From Takakia lepidozioides (taxonomy: Eukaryota; Plantae; Bryophyta): 64,000 nt of DNA. The stretch is from assembly GCA_030704615.1 (NCBI GenBank), contig CM060732.1, forward strand, positions 40,362,001-40,426,000, in the 5' to 3' direction. The notes beneath the pieces are model-generated. The model was not told the DNA's origin and did no database searches. It was given only the letters and a program-made list of their open reading frames with translations. The position numbers were made by a program, and so were the translations under genes. Shown here in pieces: positions 62,625 through 64,000 of this stretch (position 1 is the stretch's first letter; the number at the start of each line of letters is the position of its first letter).

Positions 62625-64000
62625 TCCACTCTGCCTCCTTCAGCTATCCCTCCCTGCCTTGGCAACAATAATGCATAGATCCTAACCCTTGCTGCTAGCA
62701 GCAGCTGACAATGACGACCTCGATAAACCCCACCCACCCCACCTACTTACCACAGACTTGTTCCTATGCTGAATTACTGTCTTTAGAAAAATGTTCGGAG
62801 TGTGCGAGGATGACATTTTGAACGTCTGCTTCTTCTGTAACGCAGCAGACATTCACCTTTCTGTCTCGATTGACCCACCATTGACTGGGTTCGAAACATA
62901 TTCCTTCCACAACTTCAGCTTGTCTCTGTTGTTGGTTTTGATTTGCCTGTTGTCCCATTGGCAGTAACATGTTTAAAACACTCGGAACCACCATGGATCG
63001 ACCTGACCAACTAACTATAAAAACTCAGAGACGAATCTGATGAGAGGACAAAACAAGCCTAAACGTGTGGAAGAAGAAGGTGCTCTCACCACATTGTCAC
63101 ATTGTCGTTGACCTTGTGTCATGAAAGCTTCTAGCTTTTCTTTCACCAAAGGAGAATACAAGCAACCCCGCATCCAAATGACCTCTTGAGTGCGATGCTT
63201 ATGTCGGTAGTCCAGTGATCTTCGATTGGTCAACACCGTGCAGTTGAGCAGCCATAGGTTTAAACACAACTCCGTAAGACCTCCCAAGTACCTTGTAGAT
63301 ACCAGGAAAAACCCTTGGGTAATGCATTTTCATGGCCTGCTTAGGAACACCAACCTATGTTACTGACAGGAACAGCCAGACAAACTTCTTCACGTCCTAC
63401 ATGAAGAAAGTTTGCGCTTGTCCCACCATTGTGAAGATGAATTCGATAAACAACAACTGTAAAACTGCTCAGGCTCTCATGTCCAGCCATTAGAGTACAT
63501 GTAAGCAAGGATCATTTCAGAGGTAGAACAAGGTTGAGTAGAAGCAAGGAGTGGACAGTGGACGTGCATGACCAGCAGGCAGTGGATTGATTGCATAGAC
63601 GCACAGGTGGAAGGGTTTGGGAATTTGAGATTTGTGATAGAGGTGTTCTTCCTTGGCGGAGATGCCCTTAGTAGTGTGGCAAAGGCTTGGAATGTTGAGT
63701 GGCAAATAATTTGCTGACAACCTTCAAAGTAGACACATAGTCCAGGAGGCGAGTGTACTCTTAGGGTTTCATTCTTTTGTTTACATTGTGAGGTAGCCTG
63801 GGTGTTCATGTACTTGATGTTCTCTAGAATCTTTCGACTAAATGTCTGGAAGCGTTTTGATTCAACACAGATATGATGATGATCATGGGGTTCACACTTC
63901 ACACAGCAAAGCTGACTTGTCGTTGTCAAGAGCAGTTCGAATAGTGTACACATACGGATTAACTCTTCCTTTATTCACCACATGCATGGAGACCTTCAAG

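Overview
Land-plant nuclear DNA, probably a non-seed plant (inferred from the gene set and the repetitive PLS-DYW protein). The first ~27 kb is a nest of transposons. A truncated hAT transposon is followed by the 3' part of an LTR element (B). B's 3' LTR (5774-24380) is interrupted by a chromovirus Ty3/gypsy element (A, 5880-11650, TSD AGCAG) and by an unusual 11.8-kb Ty3/gypsy-like element on the minus strand (C, 12189-24018, TSD ATGA). B itself appears to sit inside a relative of C (D, 24381-25821). Element C is the standout. (1) Its pol carries a DNMT3-like C5 cytosine methyltransferase between protease and RT, and a PHD finger after the integrase. (2) It has split terminal repeats, A...B-GC-A-B, with a palindromic GACA|GC|TGTC junction, although it encodes a DDE integrase; D has the same 3' structure. 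(3) Its primer-binding site is complementary to a conserved hairpin in its own LTR rather than to a tRNA. (4) Its leader carries an extra 278-aa ORF and a mosaic of host mRNA fragments (TOM5, AlaAT, RPL28, NAA38, RPL8, a transit-peptide-like 5' end). The rest of the window holds host genes: isopentenyl phosphate kinase, a divergent VIPP1/PspA gene head-to-head with it, histone H1 and a PLS-DYW PPR editing factor. These are separated by MITE-rich DNA, including a piggyBac-type MITE. Many frameshifts in the TE ORFs could be decay or sequencing error; I cannot tell which from the sequence.
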